Positions 49,400-63,336 of a stretch of 64,000 nucleotides of DNA are shown here, piece after piece. This stretch comes from Octopus sinensis (Eukaryota). The stretch lies in the NCBI RefSeq assembly GCF_006345805.1, contig NC_043014.1, positions 13,950,001 through 14,014,000 on the forward strand, in the 5' to 3' direction. Below the pieces are notes generated by a model. The model saw only the letters and a program-made list of their open reading frames with translations. It did not search any database and was not told the origin of the DNA. Position 1 is the stretch's first letter. Each line of letters begins with the position of its first letter. The position numbers were made by a program, and so were the translations under genes.

Positions 49400-52053
49400 G
49401 TAATTTTCCCCCACTCATTATTCCTGTGACCAGTACATACACATTTTGTAAATCAATATAACAATTCTCTTATCACTAAACTGGCATGTATGAAGAAGGC
49501 TGTTTTGCCAAGGAGGTTTAATAAGACCAAAACATGCCTAGAATTGTCTGTTGTACTTGCCAGGATTACATTAAATAAAAATTAGTCATTAAGCAAATTT
49601 TTTCTTTTCTTGTACCATAAGTGTGATGGCCTTAATTTGACTCTTGTTAACTTTGCCATTTGCAATTACAAAGTAATATTCTGAAATAATGAATGACCAA
49701 ATTTACTAAAACTTATATTTCCTTAAGGCATAATTTAATGTAATCATTGAATGCGCTGCAATAGAATTATGTTGTTAGTAATTACATAAAAATCTTTTAT
49801 TCTGCATTAGCATTTAGAAAGGGAAGAAATAAAAAAGAAAATTCTACTTGAATTACTTAAAAGATAATTAGGAGATGATAAGATAGATATCTATTTCTGC
49901 CAAATTTTCCTGACAGTGTACATTAGGAAACTTGCCAAACACTGCTATCTGTTGTAATTTTCAGGCGGTTGCATTCAAAGTACTTTAGCAATTGGTGCTA
50001 AAGGAAAATCAAAATGCTTCACAACATTTGATGTTTTGAGAAACAAACAAAACCTCAAAAGAGAGGAGACACGCTAACCAAAACTGTAGCTGATGTAAGT
50101 CTAAAGCAATCATCTTCATTTAACTGCCATGCTTTCCATGCTGGCATGGGTTGGAAAGTTCAACAAGAGCTAGCAAGCCAGAGAGCTACACTAGGCTCCA
50201 ATTGTCTGCTTTGGCATGGTTTCTATGGTTGGATGCCCTTTCCTAATGCTGATAAAACAAAAAGCATTTGAGCAGACATAAAAGTGCAGACATGGCTGAG
50301 TGTTTAAGGAGTTCACTTCCCAACCATATGGTTTTGGGTTCAGTCCCACAGCACTGCACCTTGGGTAAGTGTCTTCTGTTATAGACCTGGGCCTACTAAA
50401 GCCTAATAAAGAAATAAATAATAGCTATCAGGTTAAAGCCATTGTGCAAACATACAACTATTCTAGATGACCAATCTACTTAAAATCTTAACCTTTGAGC
50501 TAAGAAGATAAGTGGTTGTCAGTCTATCTTTCAAATATTGCATGTTTACCAAGATTTGAATAATGAGTGTGTTCTACTATGAATATAACAGCAGGAGCTA
50601 GTAGTTGTTTAATCTCAAATCAGCTTTGATCCAGCAGACTTATGTCTTACAGCCATGACCATCCTGCCATTTTATCAGTTTTGTATCTAGGAATATCTAT
50701 TAGGTTGTTCCTTTTTCTTTAAGACAGTAGAGTGTGATTCGAGTATAGATTTGTGTGAGAAATTTGGCTGCTATTTCCTGCAGATCAAAAGACCTTACAG
50801 AGACTTATCGTCTCATGTTTGAACTGAGTCTTAAATAGCTAAACACTAATACTTCTTTTTTTTTTGATAGCACTCAAAATTATTACAATACCATCCCATA
50901 ATTATATTACTCTGTCACTCATTTTTGACATCCATCACTCTCTCTCTCCTACTTGCTGGCGATACCATTTCTATTGGATCTCCTCACCAACAATCATGAT
51001 ATCATCATGTAAATGTCTATCACACATTCACTCTTACTCTTATTTTCCTCACTATCACCCTCCCACTCTTGTCACTCTGGTCCTTTTCCATAATGCTCTC
51101 CTCCAATCACCTTGCAATGGTCCTTTTTCATCACTGGCTCCTACCTGTTGGAGATGAGGTAACCTTACATACTGTTGAACAAATGAACAGAGATAACATA
51201 GGATAAGAAGATTCATTAACCTTGCCAAAGGCAAGACAACCTTTATGGTGTTAAGTATACTCTCAGTATACTTAGCGATTGATAAATGAAAAGAAACAAC
51301 GTATGAGAGAGAGGTTACTTTTAGGCTTGCCGGAGTTAAGACAACCTCTCTAGTGCTAGTGCCATAATAAGCACTCGGTCTACTCTTTAAGGTTGTTGAT
51401 GAATCGAGATAGAACATATCATCTCTAGTACTGTTGATAATCAAGTATGGAATGTAGTAGTAGTAGTAGTGTTGGTGGTCCACTTCAGGACATATTTTGA
51501 AAATACAATATAACCAAGAAAATAAATTCGGTTGACAACAGGAAAGTTATGCATCTTCAAAAAGAAAAGAAACACATGCTAAAAATGGAACCTACAAGAC
51601 ATGGCTCCTAATCCAACTAGGAGGGCAGTAACTCTGAATAAGGATTAAGTTTGTATCTTATCCAATCCATGCCAGCATGGAAAAGCAGATATAAAAATGA
51701 TGATGACCATAATCAAGATGAATATATTCTGAGTACAGTTGCTTTTGTGTGTTTATTATCAATTTAATAAATGATTCAATGAAATAAGAGTCAAATAATT
51801 TTAAGCATAAAACAAAGCTTTAACAATTTATTTTTCAGTCCAAAGTCAATCTTTACAGAACAGGCATGTACTCAGAGTTATTCCAGCCATAACCATCTTA
51901 TTTGGGTTTTTTGCTTGTTTGTTCATTTTATTCTATTTTCTTTTTTCTTTTTTCGTTTTCTTCAGGCAGTAGAGTACATTACCCAATGTGTCCTTTTCCT
52001 AACACAAAAGATTGTGGTTTGTGGGAGATTAGTCTAACTTAAGCAAATTGTGT

Positions 52054-52368
52054 GAAGGCACATGGCTTAGTGGTTTGGGTATCTGGCTCAGGATCATAAG
52101 ATCATGAGTTCAATTCCCAATGGTTGTGTCCTTGAGCAAGACACTTTATTTCATGTTATTCTAGTCCATTCGGCTAACAAAAATGAGTAGTACCTGTATT
52201 TCAATGGGCAAGCCTTGTCACACTCTGTGTCATGCTGAATCTCCCTGAGAACTATGTTATGGGTACACATGTCTGTGGAATACTCAGCCACTTGCATGTT
52301 ACTTTCCTGAGAAGGCTGTCCCATTGATCAGGTCAAACGGAATGCTCATTGTTGTAATCAAAAGAGAG
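52054..52368 (+). mobile_element. SINE-C with a further body type (also at 41400-41668(-) and 60190-60972(-))
   Basis: GAAGGCACATGGCTTAGTGG...GTCCTTGAGCAAGACACTTTATTTC...AATGAGTAGTACCTGTATTTC...CTCCCTGAGAACTATGTT. Confidence 0.75.
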
Positions 52369-55300
52369 GCAGCTAGTTATCTTTAGCAAATTAAGCAACC
52401 ATTTACAGACATCCTAACTGAATTTCCTTATGACTTGGTTTAACAAAGAGAGTGTTTTCCCACATATTTCGATCCTGTGATTGCTTGTTTCACCTATATG
52501 TCTCTGTTAGGTAGAGGAATTATTAATACATCTGTCTTGACATTAGGAAGCGCATCCAGCTATAGAAATCAAGCCAAAACAAACTAAGGAACCCAGGGCG
52601 TCCCCTGGCATTGCTAGTTCCTGTCAAACCATCCAACTCATGCCATCATGGAAAACAGACATTAAATGTTGTTGATAAAGATGACGATGTTCTCATTTAT
52701 CATAGGCATTTGTTGGAAAAAGAAAAACAGTGTTAAAAAATCAGTGATAAATGAATAATAGAACATATGTAAAAAATAGATTTCGTTCCAAGACCCCATG
52801 TTGTCCTGAGTCTTATGGATGGTCGCTGGAGCCTGCTTTCACAGTCAAAGCAGAATTGTTGACTGATCGCCAATCCATGTTGGCACAGATGAATTCATGA
52901 TAAGTCTAACATGGTTCACAATGAGTGTATTGTGTTATCCCAGATCAGTGAATGAATGAATAAATAATAAATCAGAATAGATGTACTGATAGACTAAAAT
53001 TGTTTGGACAACAAACTTCACTTTCTCTGTTTAGTAAATTCAACAAGTTTTGAACATTTTGTTCATTATCCAGTGCAATATTTGTACAAATTCAGAAAGG
53101 ATCGGAGCTTTTGAATTTTTAATTATGCATGATCCTAATGCTATTAACCTCTAGTCCATGGCTCAAAACTGTGGAACATAAATAAACATGATAAACTAGA
53201 CACTAGGTATATGAACTGTTTAAAACAGTCTTTTACAAAAATATGAAAAGGTGAGCTTGAATTTACTTTTGATTTGGTTATTTCCTGCCACGTCTACCTT
53301 ACTTGCTCTGCTTCTAACACATTAATCTTCCACCTCTAAATCACTGCATGATGTATTTTCACATTTCACAGTCCAATTTCTCAAACAATGAATTCAATGA
53401 TAAATCACTAAATTAAATTTACTGACTCCCTTCCATTTAGCCTTGCAAATCCAATAAACCAAGTAATTCTCTCTGATCGCTGCATCATCATCATCATCAT
53501 CATATCACCACCACCACCATCATCATCATCAACAACTGAGCAAATGTTTCACTAGTATATAGTACTCTCACCATTACTTACATATGTGTGTGTGTGTATC
53601 CTGTTTATACTGCATACAGCTAGATTTTGATACAAACAGCAATTTGATTCATTAAAGGTACCTTTATGTAGTTGTTAAAAAGCAGTTGGAACATCTTTGG
53701 TCTTACAGATCATCTTTGCCCAGTCAAAAGTAACCTGGGGTTAAACAATAAGTTGCAGTTTCTTGAAAGATTTTTTCAGCCAACTTAACCTTTTAGCATT
53801 CAGATTACTTAAGATTAATATACTTATCTATTCACATTCATCATCATCATTGTTTAACATTTGCCTTCCAGGCTGGCATGGGCTGGACAGTTTGTCAGGA
53901 GCCAAGCCAGGTAGAAGACTACACCAGGCTACTGTATCTGTTTTGGCGTGGTTTTTATGATTGGATGCCCTTCCTAATACCAACCACTCAGCAGAGTGGA
54001 CTGAGTGCTTTTTACATGGTACCAGCACAGGTGAAGACAAGGTTTTTACAGCTAGCTGTCCTTCCAAATGCCAACCACTTTACAATGTGGACTGGATGCT
54101 TTTTATATGGGGCACCAGTATTGTATTGAATCAATCATGCATTATCTCGTAGCTTCGAGATCTCAATGATGCGAATTTTTAGTCGTAGAATGACACTGTA
54201 GGGGTATGTGTGAAAGGATCTGGATGGGTTAAATATAAAACAGGTAGGATTTTTTTAAATTTCTTTTTTATGACCAGGTACCAACCTAGGCTGCAACAAC
54301 AAGGTCCATCCTACATCACTCCCAGAGATCCTTGATACATTCCAGGCCAGTGTCTGCAATCAAGTTGATGTAAGTAGGTTCTAACAAGACTAATTTGGAG
54401 GCTTCCAGCTCAGGGTGGCGCTTGCAGTGACCAGATGATAAAGCACTTGTGTCTGATGAAACAGATCAAGCACAACAGCTGCCAGAATTGGACAGCACAC
54501 AAATGCCAAGAACAGATAGGGTATTTGAGCTGGATATGGTCAGTTTAAATGCTAAAGGGTTAAACTTTTAGATTCTAATCAATATGCAATCACTAGCTCA
54601 ATCCGTCACTAATTACATTATCTATTACAACCAGTGATAAGAACAAGTAAACATGTTTATATAGTTATAAATGTAGTGCAAATGTGTGTGTGTGTGTAGA
54701 CTGATTACTCATTACATTAGAAAATTACAATAAGGACCAAAAGTACTGAACACGTGCCTTATCGGTAAAAACAAACACACAAATAAACTAAATAACTCAT
54801 ATTAGCTAATTGAACCTGATTACTGTTGCTGATCTAATATATGTTCAAACTCTTAAAGCTTGCAATTGTACTTTTATTTATTCATTTATTTATTTATTTA
54901 TTTAATTCCTCTCTAATCAGATGATTCCTTTTCTTCAATTCACTCAAGCAGATTATTAGAATTAAGTCATCCAGTGAGCATAATGAGGGAGGCCACATCA
55001 GCCAAAGTTATTCAATCAATACTGAACTGATTAAATGAACATAGGAATGTGAAGTAACATAGTAAGATTTTCCTTTTTAAATCTTTTTTTCCAATCGTTT
55101 CAGACACTTTGAAAAAATAAATATATTTTTTGGAAGTTTTTTTCTCTCTCTAATCATAATTATTTTTTAATATCTATTTTTTAATATCCTCGCCTGGCCT
55201 CCGTGCTGGTGGCACGTAAAAAACACCATCCGAGCGTGGCCGTTCGCCAGCCTCGTCTGGCACCTGTGTCGGTGGCACATAAAAAGCACCCACTACACTC

Positions 55301-55951
55301 ACGGAGTGGTTGGCGTTAGGAAGGGCATCCAGCTGTAGAAACACTGCCAGATCTGACTGGCCTGGTGCAGCCTTCGGGCTTCCCAGACCCCAGTTGAACC
55401 GTCCAACCCATGCTAGCATGGAAAGCGGACGTTAAACGATGATGATGATGATGATGATTAATATTTTTTTAAAGACTACTTCATTATCCAATGTGTAATT
55501 TTTTTGAAGACAGTAGTATGTGATTAGGAAGAGACTTAGCTGTTATTTTTGGCAGGCTAAGTAACCATGTGGAAGCTATTTTATTCATTCTAAATACATC
55601 AATTCTGTATTTGAAGTATACACTCTGGGCCATTTCCATTTCACATTTTCTACACTTATTTATAAAACCCTGTATATTGTTGTCCTTTCAAAATATGGTG
55701 TTTACTTCTTAAAAGTGACCAAATTCTTGTTTGCATAAAGCCTTCAACAACAGCTGTTTTACATAATCATGATAAGCCACTGCGTTTCTGCAACATTCAG
55801 AGGAAATAAGAACATGCCAAACACAAAAGAGACTTAGTAATCTATAGTCCGTTTTCTTACTCAATGCTGAGCATAAATTAAAAGTGACAATATAAACCTG
55901 ATGACAGATCCAATGTCATTTCAGTATATATATTTAAATATATACATATAT

Positions 55952-56325
55952 AGGTACAGGCATGGCTGTGTGGTAAGAAGTTTGCTTCCCAACCACATGG
56001 TTCTGGGTTCAGTCCCACTGTGTACTACTACATCCTCAGGCCGATCAAAGCCTCTTGTGAGTAGATTTGGTAGACGGAAACTGAAAGAAGCCCATCATAT
56101 ATATATATATATATATATATTTGTGTGTACTGTATTTGTCCCCCCACCACCACCATTGCTTGACAACTGATGTTGGTGTGTTTACATCCCTGTAACTTAG
56201 CAGTTCAGCAAAAAGAGAGAGATAAAATATGTACTAGGCTTATAAAGAATAAGTCCTGAGGTCAATTTGTTCGACTGAAGGCAGTGCTCCAGCATGGCCA
56301 CAGTCAAATAACTGAACCAAGTAAA
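55952..56325 (+). mobile_element. SINE-A, inverted relative to the SINE-A at 56715-57090(-)
   Basis: Head TAGGTACAGGCATGGCTGTGTGG and tail ACCAAGTAAA; partner is the reverse-complement copy. Confidence 0.82.
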
Positions 56326-56335
56326 TATATATATA

Positions 56336-56373
<38 letters not shown>

Positions 56374-56375
<2 letters not shown>

Positions 56376-56463
56376 CCATGCTAGCATGGAAAACGAACGC
56401 TAAACGATGATGATGATGATGATGATGATATATCATCATCGTTTAACGTCCACTTTCCATGCT
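56374..56463. mobile_element. Two extremely truncated RTE 3' termini, tail-to-tail, inside (TA)n
   Basis: CCCATGCTAGCATGGAAAACGAACGCTAAAC(GAT)8-ATAT-CATCATCGTTTAACGTCCACTTTCCATGCTA. Confidence 0.85.
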
Positions 56464-56612
56464 ATATATATATATATATATATATATTTATTATTCTTAT
56501 CTTAAATAACAATGTTTGTTGACAGTGACTTCAAAGATTTGGAGAGCTACATAAGTATAGAGTAACCAATCAGATTAATGTAAAATAGGTGAACATAAAA
56601 ACAAACATATAT

Positions 56613-56653
<41 letters not shown>

Positions 56654-57087
56654 GTATATATATATATATATATAAATATACATTTTTTTTTCATATATGT
56701 ATATTCTTTTTCTTTTCTTTTATTCTTTTACTTGTTTCAGTGATTTGACTGTGGCCATGTTGGAGCACCACCTTTTTAGTCGAGCAAATCAACCCCAGGA
56801 CTAATTCTTTGTAAGCCTAGTACTTATTCTATTGGCCTTTTTTGCTGAACCGCTAAGTTACCGGGACATAAACACACCAACATCAGTTGTCAAACGATGG
56901 TGGGGGGGACAAACACACACACACACACACATGCAACAGGCTTCTTTCAGTTTCCGTTTACCATATGTACTCACAAGGCTTTTGTCGGCCCAAGTCTATT
57001 GTAGAAGACACTTGCCCAAGGTGCCACACAGTGGGACTGAACCTGGAAACAAGTAGTTGGTAAGCAAGCTACTTACCACAACAGCCA

Positions 57088-57149
<62 letters not shown>

Positions 57150-57212
57150 TACATGTATATCATCAGTAAATCATAAATCTGAAACAGAAGCACAATCTAA
57201 GTTTATATGTAC

Positions 57213-57654
57213 GTACATACATACATACATTACATACATACATTACATTACATACATACCTTACATACATAACATACATACATACATACATACATTACAT
57301 ACATTACATACGTACATTACATTACATACATACTACATACATTACATACATTACTACATACATTACATACATACATTACATAATACATACATACATTACA
57401 TACATTACATACATACATTACATACATACATTACATACATACTTACATACATACATTACATTACATACATTACATACATACATTACATACATACATTACA
57501 TACATACATTACATACATACATTACATACATACATTACATACATACATACATACATACATTACATACATACATTACATACATACATTACATACATACATA
57601 CATACATTACATACATACATTACATACATACATTACATACATTACATACATACA

Positions 57655-57685
<31 letters not shown>

Positions 57686-58145
57686 CAATACATTACATTA
57701 CATACATACATACATACATACATAACATTACATTACATACATACATACATACATACATTACATACATTACATTACATTACATTACATTACATACATTACA
57801 TACATACATAACATACATACATTACATTACATACATACATTACATTACATACATACATTACATTACATTACATTACATACATTACATTACATACATTACA
57901 TTACATACATTACATTACATACATTACATTACATACATTACATTACATACATTACATACATACATACATTACATACATACATACATTACATACATACATT
58001 ACATACATACATACATTACATACATACATTACATACATACATTACATACATACATTACATACATACATACATACATTACATACATACATACATACATACA
58101 TTACATACATTACATACATTACATACATTACATACATACATACAT
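57213..58145. repeat. ~930-bp compound (TACA)/(TACAT) satellite
   Basis: Composed only of TACA and TACAT units; virtually no G on the plus strand. Confidence 0.95.
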
Positions 58146-58959
58146 CCATCAGTAATCTTGGTAATTAACTCAGTAGCACTCTGGTGTGTATTTGGCTAAC
58201 AGGGTACTGAGGAAGAATACCGGTGTTCATCATTATCTAAAAACCAGTCAACAGAACAAGTAACACAATATTAACTAGTTAAATGCTATTAAGCACTGCA
58301 TAAATTCAGTGTATATAGCAACAAACGTTGCACATATACAGCTGTGTAAAATGCAATGGAAGACTATGAAAGGAGCTGGAATTTTGTTCAAATTAAACAG
58401 CATCTCCATGCTATTCGTATTCTTACACACACACAAAGACACACACACACACACTTTCAGCAGAAGTGCTGGAAGCCTCCTGTAGTTTATCTGTAGTTTA
58501 TTTATTCAATATACCCATGATGGTAAAATCAAGAACGTTGAGTATCCTGAGGTGCCAACATGACAATGTTCAGAATTCTCAAGGTTACAATGATGAGAAC
58601 AAAACTAACATCATATAAAGCCAGGGCTCACCACTCTTAATATCATTTCCTTATCACAGCATATATTGCAATTCCAATATTTGGATGCATGTATTTCCTA
58701 TGGGCATGCTGGTTTCCATACATTATATAAATGATCTTATTTCCAAGTGTGGTTTACCTTCTGATACTTAGGGGTCCTACTCATTTTACAAAATATTTTT
58801 TAAGAATTAAAGTGTTTCAAAAATTAAAAATAATATATTATGGTTTTAAATATTTTTGAATGAAATAAAACTGTATTCACATTTACCTAATTCCCATATT
58901 CATATTCAATGTTTGAATTAGATATATGTCATTTACTCAACTTTAAAAAAATATATATA

Positions 58960-59127
58960 CAAGGTGCAGGAGTGGCTGGGTGGTAAGTATCTTGTTTACC
59001 AACCACATGGTTCCGGGTTTAGTCCCAGTGCATGGCACCTTGGGCAAGTGTCTTCTACTATAGCCTCGGGCCAACCAAAGCCTTGTGAGTGGATTTGGTA
59101 GACGGAAACTGAAAGAAGCTCGTCATA

Positions 59128-59169
<42 letters not shown>

Positions 59170-59375
59170 TGTGTGTGTTTGTCCCCCTAGCATTGCTTGA
59201 CAACCGATGCTGGTGTGTTTATGTCCCCGTTACTTAGCGGTTCGGCAAAAGAGACCGATAGAATAAGTACTGGGCTTACAAAAGAATAAGTCCCGGGGTC
59301 GAGTTGCTTGATTAAAGGCGGTGCTCCAGCATGGCCGCAGTCAAATGACTGAAACAAGTAAAAGAGTAAAAAAAA
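58960..59375 (+). mobile_element. SINE-A, full length (others on + at ~44420-44840, 45965-46385, 47705-48240, 61130-61440, 61463-61860, 62435-62955, 63121-63515)
   Basis: Consensus head, (TA)n/(GT)n hinge and GTAAAAGAGT tail. Confidence 0.88.
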
Positions 59376-60368
59376 AAAAGAGTAAGGTGCATTCCAGAAA
59401 ATTTGAGACATTTTTAGGAGAGGCAGTTATAACTGTCTTAGATTATTGTAATTTTAGTATATCATTACTATACATCTAATAAGCTGACCTGCTAACTAAG
59501 GTGGTGGGGAGCAATGACAAAGTGGGGTCCTCCCCATGTGAAACTTTTATGGGGACTGCGGCACTTTTAGGTCTGCTATATAAAGCTTATATAGGATGTA
59601 TTGGTGCAGGGCTGGTGGCAAACACAAGGGCTACCCTGAGCAACCCACACTCTAGCAACGCTACTGGATAACAGAACAAAAACATTATATCTAAGATGCT
59701 GTTTTCATTACAAGCAACAATAATATTCCTTTCAACCACACCTTACAATTGATGTCATATTCTCTGTTCCTAATTACAAGTGAACAAAATAAATAAATAA
59801 ATAAATAAATGAAATTAAAAAAAAAACAGTGAGAAAGCTAAACATTCATGTATACACAGATATATATAACCACGTACAGTTCTTCATCCTCATTACAGCA
59901 AATAAACTTTACCAATTTTCTGAACCTAATATTAAAATATAAAAAAAAATTAGGGACTAAAAAAAAAGTGAGTAACTTTCACTTCAAAACAGTTTATAGA
60001 GGCCACAAAATTCCAAGTGTAGGTGGATAAGTCTTTTGATTCCATAGCATCATAAACTTCCTAATTTTTTCCCCAGTAAAATGTTAATAGATTCTCTTTT
60101 CAAAAGAAACTTTAAGAACTAGATTATGTGAACTGGGTTTAGTTCACTGCTGCATATATATACATATATATGAACACACATTATAAAAAAAGGAAAAATG
60201 CCACTCTGCCAGTTATAAACACAAGTGTTTCAGCTGATCTGATCAAGGGAACAAGCTGCTCATAAAATTAACATGCAAATGGCTGAGCACTCCACAGATG
60301 AGTAATTTTAACGTAGTTCTCAAGACGATTCAACATGACACAGAATCTGACAAGATTGGCTCGTTGAA

Positions 60369-60813
60369 GGCGGTGAGCTGGTAGAATCATTGGCATGCCG
60401 GGCGTAATGCTTAGCGGTATTTTGCCCGTTGCTACGTTCTGAGTTCAAATTCTACCAAGGTGGACTTTGCCTTTCATTTTTTTGGGGTCGATAAATTAAG
60501 TACCAGTTACGCACTGGGTTGATAAATTAAGTACCAGTTATGCACTGGGGTCGATGTAATCGACTTAATCCATTTGTCTGTCCTTGTTTGTTCCCTCTGT
60601 GTTTAGCCCCTTGTGGGTAGTAAAGAAATAGGTATTTTGTCTGCCACTACATTCTGAGTTCAAATTCTGCCAAGGTTGACTTTGCCTTTCATCCTTTCGG
60701 GGTCGATAAATTAAGTACCAGTTACGCACTGGGGTCGATGTAATCAACTTAATCCGTTTGTCTGTCCTTGTTTGTCCCCTCTATGTTTAGCCCCTTATGG
60801 GTAGTAAAGAAAT
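60369..60813 (+). mobile_element. Dimeric SINE-B with 17-bp TSD, inserted in a minus-strand SINE-C
   Basis: TSD AAGATTGGCTCGTTGAA (60352-60368) / AAGACTGGCTCGTTGAA (60814-60830). Head + body + body with junction AAAGAAATA|GGTATTT; internal 31-bp duplication at ~60487-60550. Confidence 0.9.
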
Positions 60814-61957
60814 AAGACTGGCTCGTTGAAATACAGGTACTACTCATTTTTGCCAGCTGAGGGGACAGGAGCAACATGAAATAAAATAAAGGATACAACA
60901 TGCCACTGGATATTGAACTCACAACCTTATGATCGTGAACTGAAAACCCTAACCACTAGCCATGGGCCTTCACGCAGCACACATGTGACCCAGTGGTTAT
61001 GGTATTCCACTTACAGTTGCAAGATTCTGGTTTCGATTCTCAGACCAGGCAGTGCATTGTGTTCTTGAGCAAAACACCTCATATCAATAAGTAAAACACA
61101 CCCACACACATATACATTCATTTACATACAATATACATAAGAAGTTTGCATCTCAACAACATGGTATCAGGGGTCACTCTCTCTGCAAGTGTCTTCTACT
61201 ATAGCTTCAAGCTAACCAAAGCCTTGTGTGTGGATTTGGTACAGAGAAACTGAAAAGCCCAACATATATATATGTACATGTGTGTGTGTATGTGTGGTGT
61301 TTGTCCCTGATCACTGCCACTTGACAACCAGTGTTGGTGTGTTTATGTCCCCATAACTTAGCAGTTTGGCAGCAAAAGAGACTGACAGAATAAGTACCAG
61401 GCTTTAAAAGAAAATAAGCTTTGGGGTTGATTCATTCTACTAAAATTTTTTAAGGAGATGCATAGGTGCAGGAGTGGCTGTGTGGTAAGTAGCTTGTTTA
61501 CAAACCACATAGTTCCGGGTTCAGTCCCACGGCGTGGCACCTTGGGCAAGTGTCTTCTACTATAGCCTCGGGCTGACCAAAGCCTTGTGAGTGGATTTGG
61601 TAGATGGAAACTGAAAGAAGCTCGTCATATATATGTTTAAGTATATATTTGTGTGTCTGTGTTTGTCCCCCCCCCCCTGCAACATCGCTTAACAACCGAT
61701 ACTGGTGTGCTTACATCCCTGTAACTTAGTGGTTCGGCAAAAGAGACTGAGAGAATAAGTACTAGGCTTACAAAGAATATGTCCTGGGGTTGATTTGCTC
61801 AACTAAAAGGCGGTGCTCCAGCATGGCCGCAGTCAAATGACTGAAACAAGTAAAGAGTGAGTATACCCACAAACATGCATATATATATATAATATATATA
61901 TACACACATGCATAGACATGCTTACACACATGTATACTTACATACATGCATACGTAT

Positions 61958-61999
<42 letters not shown>

Positions 62000-63286
62000 A
62001 CCACTAATGTTGCTGCTATAAATTTATATTACTGTTCTACAATGATCGGCCTGGTTGGTTGGTTGGTTGGGTTGGTTGGTTTTTGGTGAAAATACAGAGT
62101 TGATGATGAATTACATTTAACACAACATTGGCAGTCCCAGCTTCAATTAATCTCTCATTCAGTGGATGTTGCTGGGCTGTTGGCCTGTTATTGCTGTAGC
62201 TGTTATTGTTGTTGTTTAGATAACAAAACATATAAGCTATAGATTTACTTAAGAAGAATTATTCAGTCTAACGTAAATACAATTTCTTTCCCTTCTCTCT
62301 CTCTCTTCCCTGAGGAATTCAATAATTTTAGTAAACACTAAAATAGATTTTTGTTTTTTATTCAACAACAGTAATTAATATATTGTTTGTTGTATTCAAT
62401 ATATCAAATGAATTTCCACAGTAACCATGTAACTATAAGTGCAGGCATTGGGTGTGTGGTTCAGAAGCTTGATTTCCAGTTGTGAGAACTTGGGTTCAGT
62501 CCCACTGTGTAGTACCTTGAGCAAGTATCTTCTACTATAGCCCCAGGGCTGACCAAAGCCTTGAGAGCAGATGTGATAGATAGAACTGAAAAACACCCTT
62601 CATATGCATGCATGCATATATGTGCGTGAATGTATGTATGTATGTATGATGTGCGTAAATGTATTTATGTGTGTGTATGTGTGTGTATGTATGTATGTAG
62701 GTATGTATGTGTGTATGTGTGTGTGTATGTATGTGTGTGTCTTTGTGTTTGTCTTCAACAACAACTTGACAACTGGTGTTGGTTTGTTTATATCTCTGTA
62801 ACTTAGCGGTTCAGCATAAGTGACTGTTAGAATAAGTACCAGAGATTTTTTTTTAAATGTCGTTGGGTGGAGTCAATTTATTTCACTAAACCCTTTAAGG
62901 CAGCGGCCCAACATGTCTACAATCCAATGTCTGAAACTAGTAAAAGATAAAAGATATTTTTGTAGTTTAATGTTAGGTCAACTCTGATTGACCAGACCTA
63001 TGATCAAAAAGCATTCCGATCATACTCATCCTGTCTTTGTAGAGGTATTTTATCTAATTTATCCATCTACATTTAAGATGAGAGAATGTAATTTAAAGAA
63101 GATTAGCATTCAGACTACACTATAGGCACAAGAGTGGCTGTGTGGTAAGTAGCTTGCTAACCAACCACGTGGTTCTGGGCTCAGTCCCACTGCCTGGCAT
63201 CTTGGGCAAATGTCTTCTGCTATAGCCCCGGTCCGACCAATGCCTTGTGAGTGGATTTGGTAGACGGAAACTGAAAGAAGCCTGTC

Positions 63287-63336
<50 letters not shown>

